Translations under genes and position numbers: made by a program
Part shown: piece after piece, positions 1-7,919 of the stretch
Position numbering within the stretch: position 1 is the first letter of the stretch
How the letters are laid out: every line of letters begins with the position of its first letter
NCBI GenBank assembly: GCA_040218735.1
Contig: JAVJQW010000036.1
Span: forward strand, 1 to 54,297
DNA: 54,297 bases
From: Deltaproteobacteria bacterium
Lineage (GTDB): Bacteria; Myxococcota; Kuafuiibacteriia; Kuafuiibacteriales; Kuafuiibacteriaceae
Reading direction: 5' to 3'
Notes under the pieces: model-generated
Told to the model about the DNA's origin: nothing
Databases searched by the model: none
Seen by the model: only the letters and a program-made list of their open reading frames with translations

Positions 1-1
1 G

Positions 2-577
2 AGCGGTAACGATCGCGTCGAGGCGACGACGCCCGACACGTTCGCTTCTCGCTTCGACGGGAGCGCCGAAGCGAAGGCGCTCTTGGATCGAGCCAAAGAG
101 CTCACCCCGCCTGGGACGGACATCGGAGAGATCTTCGAAGCCGCGCTCGCGCTGTACGTCGAGAAGCTGGAGAGGAGGAAGAACGGAAAGACGAGTCGTC
201 CGCGATCGAAACCCGCCGACGATGCGCCGGCGGGCGCAGCGTACGTCCCGGCGGCAACGCGGCGCGCGGTGGTCGAGCGCGACGGCGCGCAGTGCACGTA
301 CGTGAGCCCGGACGGTCGGCGATGCAGCGAACGGTCGAACCTCGAATTCGATCACGTGGGCGGGCGTACGCTGGGCGCCGGGAGCGTGGTCGGCGAGCTC
401 CGCTTGCTGTGTCGCGCGCACAACCTTAACGCGGCGCGGGAGGTGTTGGGTCACGCCCTCATCGATCGGAGGATTCACGGGCGCCGCTCCACCCGGACCA
501 GGCCAGGCTCGATTCCGGAGCCTACTCGGCCTGAAACGCATCCGACGCCGCCGGCACGCGCGGAGGGCAGTTCGTGA
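2..577 (+). CDS. HNH endonuclease-domain protein, N-terminally truncated
   Basis: Frame is open from base 2 (SGNDRVEATTPDTF...). It carries PAATRRAVVERDGAQC...GRRC...LEFDH...LRLLCRAHN, a Zn/HNH signature, and is near-identical to the right-end ORF. Confidence 0.85.
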   Translation, partial: SGNDRVEATTPDTFASRFDGSAEAKALLDRAKELTPPGTDIGEIFEAALALYVEKLERRKNGKTSRPRSKPADDAPAGAAYVPAATRRAVVERDGAQCTYVSPDGRRCSERSNLEFDHVGGRTLGAGSVVGELRLLCRAHNLNAAREVLGHALIDRRIHGRRSTRTRPGSIPEPTRPETHPTPPARAEGSS

Positions 578-773
578 GAGCGATACCAGCCGATGTTCGA
601 GAGCGCGGCCCTCCTTCGGAGCACTGCGCTCCGCGGACCCCCTCCCTCACCAGCCCGGCGAAACGGCGCACGTGGGACGAGTCGCTCCGCGTCGCCGGCG
701 CGCTGCCTTCCATCGAGGCGCCCCTCGCCGCCTGATGGGGGCTCGAGGCAGGCCCGTCCGCTAAGTGAACGGC
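539..773 (+). ncRNA. Putative structured RNA or cis element overlapping and following the HNH gene 3' end
   Basis: About 22 mismatches in 196 nt (578..773, hand count) versus the right copy. Stems at 601-608/624-631 (inner CTCC-TTC-GGAG), 632-637/686-691, 703-708/746-751 and 756-770; some substitutions keep pairing as G-U. Confidence 0.45.
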
Positions 774-781
774 ATTGCTTT

Positions 782-948
782 TAGGCCATAACGCCGCTCC
801 GCTTCGCGAACCGCCTTGGCACAGTCTTCGGACCGGCCGCACTCGCGACCGGCCGCAGCCTAGACCATAACGCCGCTCCGCTGCGCGGACCGCCTTGGCA
901 CAGTCTTCGGACCGGCCGCATTCGCGACCGGCCGCATTCGCAGCCTAG
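782..948. repeat. Two tandem ~79-85 bp hairpin-rich units bounded by TAG
   Basis: Unit 1 is 782-860 and unit 2 is 861-945; both begin TAGRCCATAACGCCGCTCCGCT and contain GTC-TTCG-GAC and an internal GACCGGCCGCAYTCGC sub-repeat; final TAG at 946-948. Confidence 0.95.
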
Positions 949-1949
949 CCCGCTACCCAGAGGATCGTCACCAGCGTCACGATGAACACCCCCACGCCGA
1001 TCAGCACGGCGACGGCGGTCGACATCGGCTTCGCGGCCGGCTCGGGGAGCGGGTTCGTGCGGGGGACCGGCGCCTCGGCGGGGTCGATGCTCCCGGGGAT
1101 GGCGCTCGTCTCGACCGGGAACGGCTTCCGCACCGGCGGGAGCGTCATCTGCGTGTCCTCGTCGTCGAGGTTGAACGCGGAGCGGTCGCGGATGAACGTG
1201 TCCGCGAAGGGATCCACGTCGTCGCCCGGCACCGCACCGAACGTGGAGATCGCGGGGCGGTCGTCGGGCGGCTCGGCGTCATCGACCGTCGGCGGCTCCT
1301 GCACACGCGTGGGCGCCTCCGCTTCCGAGCGCTCCTGCACCGGGACAGCGCCGAGGTCCTTCGCGACCTTCTGCATCTCGGCGAGGCGCACGCCCATGAT
1401 GGTGGAATCGAGCTCGAGGTTCTGGAGCGTGGCGCGGACGGCGTCGATCGTCTTCGGCCTCCGGCCGGGCGCCTTCGTGAGGAGCTTCTGCACCAGCGCG
1501 TCGAGCTCCGGCGGGACGTCCTGGAGCGCATTGGCGACGAGGGACGCCGGCGCCTCTTCGATCTGCTGGCGCAGCACCTCTTCGTGCGTCGCTCCGGCGA
1601 AGACCGGCTGCCCGGTGATGACGTGGTGGAGCAGCAGCCCGACGGCGTAGATGTCGGTGCGCGCGGTCGCGACACCCCCGCGCGCGACCTCCGGAGCCGT
1701 GTACCCGGGCGGCGGCACGTCGGCGGGGTCGAGCACGACGCTGAGCGTGTTGCCGAGGTGGTGGAACCGGACCGCGCCGGGGTGAATGGCCCCGTGGATC
1801 TGCCCGGCGCCGTGGATGCCGCTGAGGATCTCGCAGAGGCGGTCCACGATCTTGACCGCCTGCGACAGCGGGACCGGTCCGCGCTCCAGCGCCTTCGTGA
1901 GCGGCTCGAGCGGCGCGTGCGGCGCCCGGCCCTGCCCTGCGGCCGTCAT
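945..1949 (-). CDS. Degenerate Ser/Thr kinase-like (pseudokinase) membrane protein
   Basis: C-lobe motifs YTAPE and TDIYAVG are present, but HGAIHP replaces HRDLKP, DFG and the N-lobe are missing; C-terminal TM helix. Confidence 0.75.
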   Translation of the reverse strand: MTAAGQGRAPHAPLEPLTKALERGPVPLSQAVKIVDRLCEILSGIHGAGQIHGAIHPGAVRFHHLGNTLSVVLDPADVPPPGYTAPEVARGGVATARTDIYAVGLLLHHVITGQPVFAGATHEEVLRQQIEEAPASLVANALQDVPPELDALVQKLLTKAPGRRPKTIDAVRATLQNLELDSTIMGVRLAEMQKVAKDLGAVPVQERSEAEAPTRVQEPPTVDDAEPPDDRPAISTFGAVPGDDVDPFADTFIRDRSAFNLDDEDTQMTLPPVRKPFPVETSAIPGSIDPAEAPVPRTNPLPEPAAKPMSTAVAVLIGVGVFIVTLVTILWVAG

Positions 1950-2061
1950 CTCGCCGGGGATACTACCAGGTCATCGCGCCACGGGTACTCCACCGATGAC
2001 CGGCCAAGATTGATGCAGAGGCTCAAGTCGCCCTGCCACCTACCCGACCTGATCGGGGACC

Positions 2062-3135
2062 ATGGGCCTCCTCGACTGGTTTAGACGCAGCGAAGCACCT
2101 CAGCTCGACGAGGTCCTCGCGCGCGACCCCGCGACACTCCCGCCGCGCGCGAACAGCGTCATCCACAGGCAACCGGCGACGCCGGCTCCGATTGCGCCGA
2201 TGGCGTTCGCCGGAGAGGCCGCCGAGCAGGTCGCGCGCGACCTCTACGCGAAGGCCTCGACGATGACGGACCCCAACGACCGCCGGTACATCTCGACCCT
2301 CATCCGAGCGGTCAAGAACGACGGCGTCGAGCTGCCCGCGATCCCCGAAGACGTCGTGCGCGTACAGCGCGTGCTCGCGTCGCCCGACTGCTCGGCGGGT
2401 GACCTCGCGCGCGCGATCAAACACGACCCGGCGATGGCGACGCGGTTCATCTCCGTCGCCAACTCGCCGCTGTACCGTCGCGGGGAGCGCACCAACACCC
2501 TCGAGGACGCGATCGTCCGCGTCGGGATGAAACAAGCGACCTCGCTGGTCCTCGCGATCGTCTCGAAGGCGAAGATGTTCCGCGTCGCGGACGACAAGGC
2601 GATGGCGGACCAGCTCCACCACCACGCGCTCGCGGCGGGCGTCGCGGCGAAGCTCATCGCGCAGACGCCGGAGGTCGAAAGCGACGCGTTCCTCGGCGGG
2701 ATGTTACACGACCTCGGACGTGTCTTCCTGCTCACGGTCGCCGGAGATCAGTTCCGCGCGTCACGCGGCGCGAGCCGCCCGCGACACACCACCGTTGAGT
2801 ACCTCCTCGACGAGCTGCACGCCGGCTTCTCCGGGCTCGTCGCCGAGCGCTGGGGGTTCAGCCAGGCGCTGGTCCACGCGCTCCTGCACCACCACCTCCC
2901 CGAAGAGGGCGGCGCGGAGCTCGTGATCCTCGTGCCCCCGTTCGCCGAAGACCTCACACACACCCTCGCGTGCGCCGACCTCGTCGCGCACCTCGTGCTG
3001 GGTGAAGAGCTCGCCGACGGCCGCGAGGAAGCGCTCGCCGCGATGCTCGAAAAGCTCGGCGCCGGTGAGCCGGACGAGGTCGTGCTCGACACGAAGGACG
3101 CCTACGAGGCGCTTCAGTACGAGCTGGGCGGCTGA
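2062..3135 (+). CDS. HDOD domain protein
   Basis: LPAIPE, IKHDPAMATRFISVANSPLY, AIVRVG and GGMLHDLGR motifs. Confidence 0.9.
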   Translation: MGLLDWFRRSEAPQLDEVLARDPATLPPRANSVIHRQPATPAPIAPMAFAGEAAEQVARDLYAKASTMTDPNDRRYISTLIRAVKNDGVELPAIPEDVVRVQRVLASPDCSAGDLARAIKHDPAMATRFISVANSPLYRRGERTNTLEDAIVRVGMKQATSLVLAIVSKAKMFRVADDKAMADQLHHHALAAGVAAKLIAQTPEVESDAFLGGMLHDLGRVFLLTVAGDQFRASRGASRPRHTTVEYLLDELHAGFSGLVAERWGFSQALVHALLHHHLPEEGGAELVILVPPFAEDLTHTLACADLVAHLVLGEELADGREEALAAMLEKLGAGEPDEVVLDTKDAYEALQYELGG

Positions 3136-3136
3136 C

Positions 3137-4891
3137 CTACGTCCCCAGGACGTCGTGGCACCGCGCGCAGTCGACCTGCGGGATGTGGCAGGTCTGACAG
3201 CGCCGGATCCCGCGCTGCGCGGCGTTGCCGTGGCGCGTGCGGAAGAACTCCCGCGGGAAGTGATCGCGGGGCGGAACGTTGTGGCAGTCGGCGCAGCGAT
3301 CGCGCTGGTGGCACGTCGAGCAGCGCTCGGGGTCACGCACCGCGGCGCGGCCGTGCGGCTCCTCGCGCCAACGCACCGTGTGGTCCTTCGGGCGCGTGCG
3401 CTCGTGGCAACGCTGACAGTCCGCGCCGACGCCACCCGACATCTCGACGTGGCAGGTCGCGCAGTCTCCGTCGTCCGCCTCCGCCGCGCGCGCGTGACGA
3501 CGCCGGAACGTCGGCGAGTGCGCCAACGCGCGATCGAGCTGCGAAGCGAGGAACGGCGACGTGCTCTCGCGCGTCACCACGTGACAGACGGCGCAGCGAT
3601 CCAGCCGCTCCGTCGAAGCGACCATCTCGCGCTCCAACCCGGCGTGGCACTCGAGGCAGTCCGCCATGCGCATCGGCTCGACCATCGACAGATCCCTTGA
3701 ACGCGTCACCGACTCGTGGCACTGCCCGCACGCGACATCCTCCAGCTCCGGCTTCGGCTCGTCCGGGAGGTGCGCGCGGTGCTCGAACCGGATGTCCGTC
3801 ATCCGCGGGCCCTGCGCGTAGTGCTCGGCGAGCAGCGAGCGCGCGAGCATCAGGCGGTCGCTCGACTCGGTGACCGCGTGGCAGCCGCTGCACGCCTCGG
3901 CGACGGCCGGCGCGACCTCGCTCTCGTTGTGGCACTTGACGCACACCGCGTGACCCGGCGCGACGCCCGGCGTCTGCCCGTCGAACACGGAGGTGTGGCA
4001 ACGACGACAACCGATCTCGTACTCCTCCTGCGCGGCGCCCCCCTTCGCGAGGTGGGTGTCGTGGCTGAACGTCAGCGCGAGGCGCGCGGTGCGCTGCATC
4101 GGGGGCGTCGCCTCGAAGCTCACGTGGCAGCGCTCGCAGGTCTTGGTGTCGATCGGCAGGTACGTCGTCGGCTCCGCCGGGTCGCTGACGTGGCACCCCG
4201 CGCACCCCACGAGCTCCGTGACCGCGGCGTGTTTCGCGTGTTCGAAGCGATCGAAGCGCGCGGGGAACGGGTTCGGCACCGCGCGGGGCCCGTCCTTCGG
4301 CGCGACCTTCTTCGTCTCGATCGTCGGCGGCGGCGCGCTCGCCACCGGCGGTGGGGGCGGCGGCGGCGGAGGCGCCATCGTCGGCTCCAGCTCGACCGGC
4401 ACGTAGACCGAGCCTCGCGGCAGCGCATCCCGCGCCCGCAATCCATTGAAGCGACGGATCGTGTCGAGCGAAGGCAACCCGTAGATCGTGCTCAGGTCAC
4501 GCGCCGGCCGCGCGCCCACGGGCACCGCGATCTCCACGGGCAAGGGGAGCACGGTGCCGGTCGGCGGCTCGGTGCCCTCCGGGTACTTCAGCTTCGCGCG
4601 GAGGAACGCTTCGGCGCCCGGCGCGCGGTAGAAACGCGAGACGATCGCGGCGAGCGTCTGACCCAGCCGCACCTCGTGGCGCACCGTGCGGACGATGCGG
4701 ACGAAGCGGCCGTTCTTGCAGTTGGCCTGGTCCGGCGTGCGGTTGAAGATCGCGAGGATCTTGCCGAGGCGCGCGTCGCCGTAGCGCTCCTGCGCGATCG
4801 CTTCGTAGGTCTGGCCGGTGCACTTCACCGTCAGCGCCTGCGCGGAGGCGACGCTCGGGAGGAACAGCAGCAGGAACACCAGCGCTCGCAT
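3137..4891 (-). CDS. Secreted multiheme c-type cytochrome (14 CxxCH) with LysM-like N-terminal region
   Basis: Signal peptide; GQTYEAIAQERYG and HEVRLGQTLAAIVSRFY LysM-like segments; Pro linker; 14 CxxCH counted; FxHxxH c3/c7-type distal His motifs. Confidence 0.9.
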   Translation of the reverse strand: MRALVFLLLFLPSVASAQALTVKCTGQTYEAIAQERYGDARLGKILAIFNRTPDQANCKNGRFVRIVRTVRHEVRLGQTLAAIVSRFYRAPGAEAFLRAKLKYPEGTEPPTGTVLPLPVEIAVPVGARPARDLSTIYGLPSLDTIRRFNGLRARDALPRGSVYVPVELEPTMAPPPPPPPPPVASAPPPTIETKKVAPKDGPRAVPNPFPARFDRFEHAKHAAVTELVGCAGCHVSDPAEPTTYLPIDTKTCERCHVSFEATPPMQRTARLALTFSHDTHLAKGGAAQEEYEIGCRRCHTSVFDGQTPGVAPGHAVCVKCHNESEVAPAVAEACSGCHAVTESSDRLMLARSLLAEHYAQGPRMTDIRFEHRAHLPDEPKPELEDVACGQCHESVTRSRDLSMVEPMRMADCLECHAGLEREMVASTERLDRCAVCHVVTRESTSPFLASQLDRALAHSPTFRRRHARAAEADDGDCATCHVEMSGGVGADCQRCHERTRPKDHTVRWREEPHGRAAVRDPERCSTCHQRDRCADCHNVPPRDHFPREFFRTRHGNAAQRGIRRCQTCHIPQVDCARCHDVLGT

Positions 4892-6444
4892 CAGTAGCGC
4901 CCTCCCACCGTGAGCTGCAGGTCGTTGGCGAACCGCACACCGTCCGCGAAGAACGACGGGATGGTGCCGACGCCGTACCGAAGCAGCGCCCAGAAGTCGG
5001 AGTGGTACGAGACCAGCGCGGCCATCCCGCCGAAGAACGCGTTCTGGTTGTTCGTCACGCTCAGCGGACCGCGCGTCTTGAACGTCGACGCCTCACCCTC
5101 CGGACGCAGCGCGACCCGCCACGCGCCGAAGGACAACGGGACCTCCGCGTACAGCCGCACCGCGCCGCTCTGCCGTTCGCCGCTCCCGGTCGACGCGAAC
5201 ACCCGCCCCGGCTCACCCGGATCCTCGACCGCGAAGCGCGCTTCGGCGCCCACGCGGACCTGCTCCGTCACACGAAACTCCGGGCCGCCGTACACCTCGA
5301 CGATCGCCGGGCGCATGCTCGTCTTGTCCTCGGCGGAGAGCGGCTGCCGGGTGAAGCCACCGACCGCGAGGACCACCGCCGTCGCCGGCCACCAGCGCGC
5401 CTCGGCCTCCGCCAACACGTGCGCGGTCTGCGGTCCGAGGAACAGCCGATCGAGGAGCGCGGTGGACAGCGGCACGCCCATCGCCGCCTGCACGTCGCTC
5501 GCATCGGGCCCGAGGCCACCGCGGCCGAACGTCACCGGGTCACGACCGAGCTGCATCTGAAGACGCCAATCGACGAGCACCGACGCGGTGGTGTTCTGCG
5601 CGGATCCGTCGTGTCGCAGGACCAAGGCGAGGCCGACGTCGTCGCGCTGCACGCCGTAGGCGTCGTCGTAGGCTTGGACGGAATCGCGCCCGCCGATGCG
5701 CGCCTCTGCGGAGAGGTCGAGGTACACCAGCTCCCCGGCCGAGAACCCGCCGCGGACGATCGCGCGGTGCAGCGACTCGAGCTTGTACGCAGCCTCGAGA
5801 TCCACCGCGCCGAGCTCGAGCTTCAACCCGGCGCCGGCGACGAGCCATGTGAGGGCGTCGTTCGCGCCGTCTTCGAAGTTGCCGTCGAGCACGGCGCGCC
5901 GCCCGGCGTACACACTCCACCGCGCGGGGCCGGTGTTCAGCCCGAGGCGCGCGCCGTCGAACATCAACAACCGCGCGGTGCGGTCGAGGTCCGTGAGGCG
6001 TCCGGCGCGAACCGACCACACCCGGCGCCGGTCCTCGTCCTTCCCGACGTACTCGACGTACGCCGAGAACAACCGGACGTTCCGACCGAACGTGAAGTCG
6101 TCGTAGGGATCGCGGAACGGATCGCCGAGCGTGGGGTCGTTGGAGAACGGCCGCGCCACGGTACCGAGCCCGAGGTAGAGCCCGAGCGGACCGACGTCGC
6201 CGCTCCCGTACACCGACGCGCGCAGGGTGCTCTGCCCGGAGGGCCCCGGCTGGGCGTCCTCGGCGTAGACCGCGTTCTTGTAGCGCGCGTCGACCTCGGC
6301 GCCGAGGAACGCGGAGCTGCGGAGGCTACGGCTGAGCGTCGCGCGGGAGGCGGCGTCGGTCGCGCCGTCCTGCGCCCGGGCGTGCGGGGTCAGGAGGATC
6401 GTGGCGATGGCCACGCCGACCGCGCATGCGCTTCGCGTCGCCAA
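4891..6444 (-). CDS. Putative outer-membrane beta-barrel protein
   Basis: Signal-peptide-like N-terminus (TTG start estimated), amphipathic beta-strand pattern, C-terminal LQLTVGGRY; TGATG overlap with the cytochrome start. Confidence 0.7.
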   Translation of the reverse strand: MATRSACAVGVAIATILLTPHARAQDGATDAASRATLSRSLRSSAFLGAEVDARYKNAVYAEDAQPGPSGQSTLRASVYGSGDVGPLGLYLGLGTVARPFSNDPTLGDPFRDPYDDFTFGRNVRLFSAYVEYVGKDEDRRRVWSVRAGRLTDLDRTARLLMFDGARLGLNTGPARWSVYAGRRAVLDGNFEDGANDALTWLVAGAGLKLELGAVDLEAAYKLESLHRAIVRGGFSAGELVYLDLSAEARIGGRDSVQAYDDAYGVQRDDVGLALVLRHDGSAQNTTASVLVDWRLQMQLGRDPVTFGRGGLGPDASDVQAAMGVPLSTALLDRLFLGPQTAHVLAEAEARWWPATAVVLAVGGFTRQPLSAEDKTSMRPAIVEVYGGPEFRVTEQVRVGAEARFAVEDPGEPGRVFASTGSGERQSGAVRLYAEVPLSFGAWRVALRPEGEASTFKTRGPLSVTNNQNAFFGGMAALVSYHSDFWALLRYGVGTIPSFFADGVRFANDLQLTVGGRY

Positions 6445-6494
6445 CCGAAGGACCGCTCCCGAACCGGTCGGGTAACATCGATCCGATTCGCGCG

Positions 6495-7454
6495 CTACCG
6501 CGCCCGCGAGGCGGCGAGCTCGGGGCAGACCTTGTCGAGGTCGTCCACCTTCGCTTTGACGTCGATCAGCCCGGCGACCCACGACGACACCTCGCAGCTC
6601 GGGGTCATCCGCGTGGAGGCGCCGTCGAGCGACTCGACGAAAGCGACCCCCTTCGTCCGCACCGCGAGGCGCTCCACCATGCGCTCGATCTGTCCGTACA
6701 GGCGCTGCATCGCCGCGAGCTCGGCGCGTTCGATCGCCTGCTGCATACGCGCGTAGCGCGCCTCGATCTGTTTCGCGAGCGCCCGCGCCGCGTCGCCCGC
6801 CTGCGGGTCACCCTGCTCCGCTTTTGCGCGCAGCGTCGCGAGCTTCTTCTGGTCGGCGTCGAGCGCGTTCTGTTTGTCGTCCTTGTCCTTGTCGAGCTTG
6901 GCGATCGCGGCCTTCCCCTCGCGCATCTGGCGGACGATGTCGTCGAAGTCGACGTACAGGAAGAAGTCGAACCGGCAAGCTGGGTTGCGCGGCGGCGGCG
7001 CCTTCACTGCGCCCGCGCGCGCCGTCTCGATGAGCCAGGACGTCGCATCACACGCCTTCGGCGCACCGCGCAGCGGGACGTCGCCCACCTCGTGGATGTG
7101 AATCCCCTTCACCCGCTTCTGCGCGTCCGCCACGTAGCCGCGGAGCTCGGCGAGGTGCGGAGCGAGGAGCCGGTCCTGCGCCGCACCGAGCTCCTGGTTG
7201 ATCCCCTGGATTCGCTCCGCGAGCTCTTCGGCCTGGGCGCGGTAGGCCGCGGGAGACATCTTCGCGCGCCCCGCGAGGAGGCGATCCTCGCGCTGGCGGA
7301 TCTCGGCCTCCCGCTCACGCTGGAGCTTGCCGAGCGCCTCCGAGACCTCGCGCCCGGCGGGGAGCGCGCGGAGCGCAGCCGCGAGGTCGACGGTGTAGAC
7401 CTCGGCGGGGGTCGGGCCGGTCGCGGCGGCGAGCGCGACGAGGACGGCGATCAC
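6495..7454 (-). CDS. Tandem OmpH/Skp-like periplasmic chaperone
   Basis: Two repeats of a (Y/T)VD strand, long coiled coil and terminal strand-helix; signal peptide from a GTG that overlaps the upstream stop (GTGA). Confidence 0.65.
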   Translation of the reverse strand: MIAVLVALAAATGPTPAEVYTVDLAAALRALPAGREVSEALGKLQREREAEIRQREDRLLAGRAKMSPAAYRAQAEELAERIQGINQELGAAQDRLLAPHLAELRGYVADAQKRVKGIHIHEVGDVPLRGAPKACDATSWLIETARAGAVKAPPPRNPACRFDFFLYVDFDDIVRQMREGKAAIAKLDKDKDDKQNALDADQKKLATLRAKAEQGDPQAGDAARALAKQIEARYARMQQAIERAELAAMQRLYGQIERMVERLAVRTKGVAFVESLDGASTRMTPSCEVSSWVAGLIDVKAKVDDLDKVCPELAASRAR

Positions 7455-7846
7455 GAGCCGAGGACCTCCCAGGGTTTCTTGGCCCCGGGGACCTTCGCGT
7501 TCCCCACGGGGCGGGGGTCGCGCTCGGTGCCCAGGAGCCTTCGCCACGTCGCGTCATCGACGCGCGCGCCGGGCGGGGGCGCGAAGACCTCGTCGACCTT
7601 CTTGAAGCGCAGGCCGACCTCCAGGAGGCCGCGGCCCGCCTGGGGGGCGTCGAGCTTCGTGGCCAGGAAGTGCGCGAAACGAAAGACGTCTCGGATGGTT
7701 TCGTCGAAGCGCGGCTGGGTCTTTTCGGCGTCGAGGATCGCGGCCACGGCGTCGAGGCCCTCGGGCGGGAAGGCGTAGGGTTCGTCGGTGCCCTTCACGA
7801 GGTGGGCGCCGATGCGCTCGGCGATGTCGGCGGGGGGCTGGGCCAT
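7451..7846 (-). CDS. Hypothetical protein
   Basis: Protein-like ORF whose stop overlaps the next gene's start; start uncertain (7846-7876). Confidence 0.6.
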   Translation of the reverse strand: MAQPPADIAERIGAHLVKGTDEPYAFPPEGLDAVAAILDAEKTQPRFDETIRDVFRFAHFLATKLDAPQAGRGLLEVGLRFKKVDEVFAPPPGARVDDATWRRLLGTERDPRPVGNAKVPGAKKPWEVLGS

Positions 7847-7919
7847 CGGTGCGTCGAGCATGGGCAAAACGCCCATTGGGAAGCAACCTCCGGCTTTATC
7901 CCACCGATACACACATCAC

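Larger units (their letters stand above)
1..773 (+). mobile_element. Left copy (5'-truncated by the window edge) of a repeated HNH element: gene plus conserved 3' region
   Basis: Aligns without gaps to the reverse complement of 53388..54160 (right position = 54161 - left position); similarity stops after ...GTCCGCTAAGTGAACGGC. Mobility is inferred from the dispersed duplication. Confidence 0.7.

Noticed and set aside
593-784. 63-aa ORF downstream of the HNH gene, with a counterpart at 53221..53568
   Set aside because: Differences between copies are largely non-synonymous, starts and stops differ, and the composition is Arg/Pro/Ser-rich like a shadow ORF; nucleotide-level constraint explains it better.
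782-945. CRISPR array
   Set aside because: Only two long, nearly identical units, no unique spacers and no cas genes.
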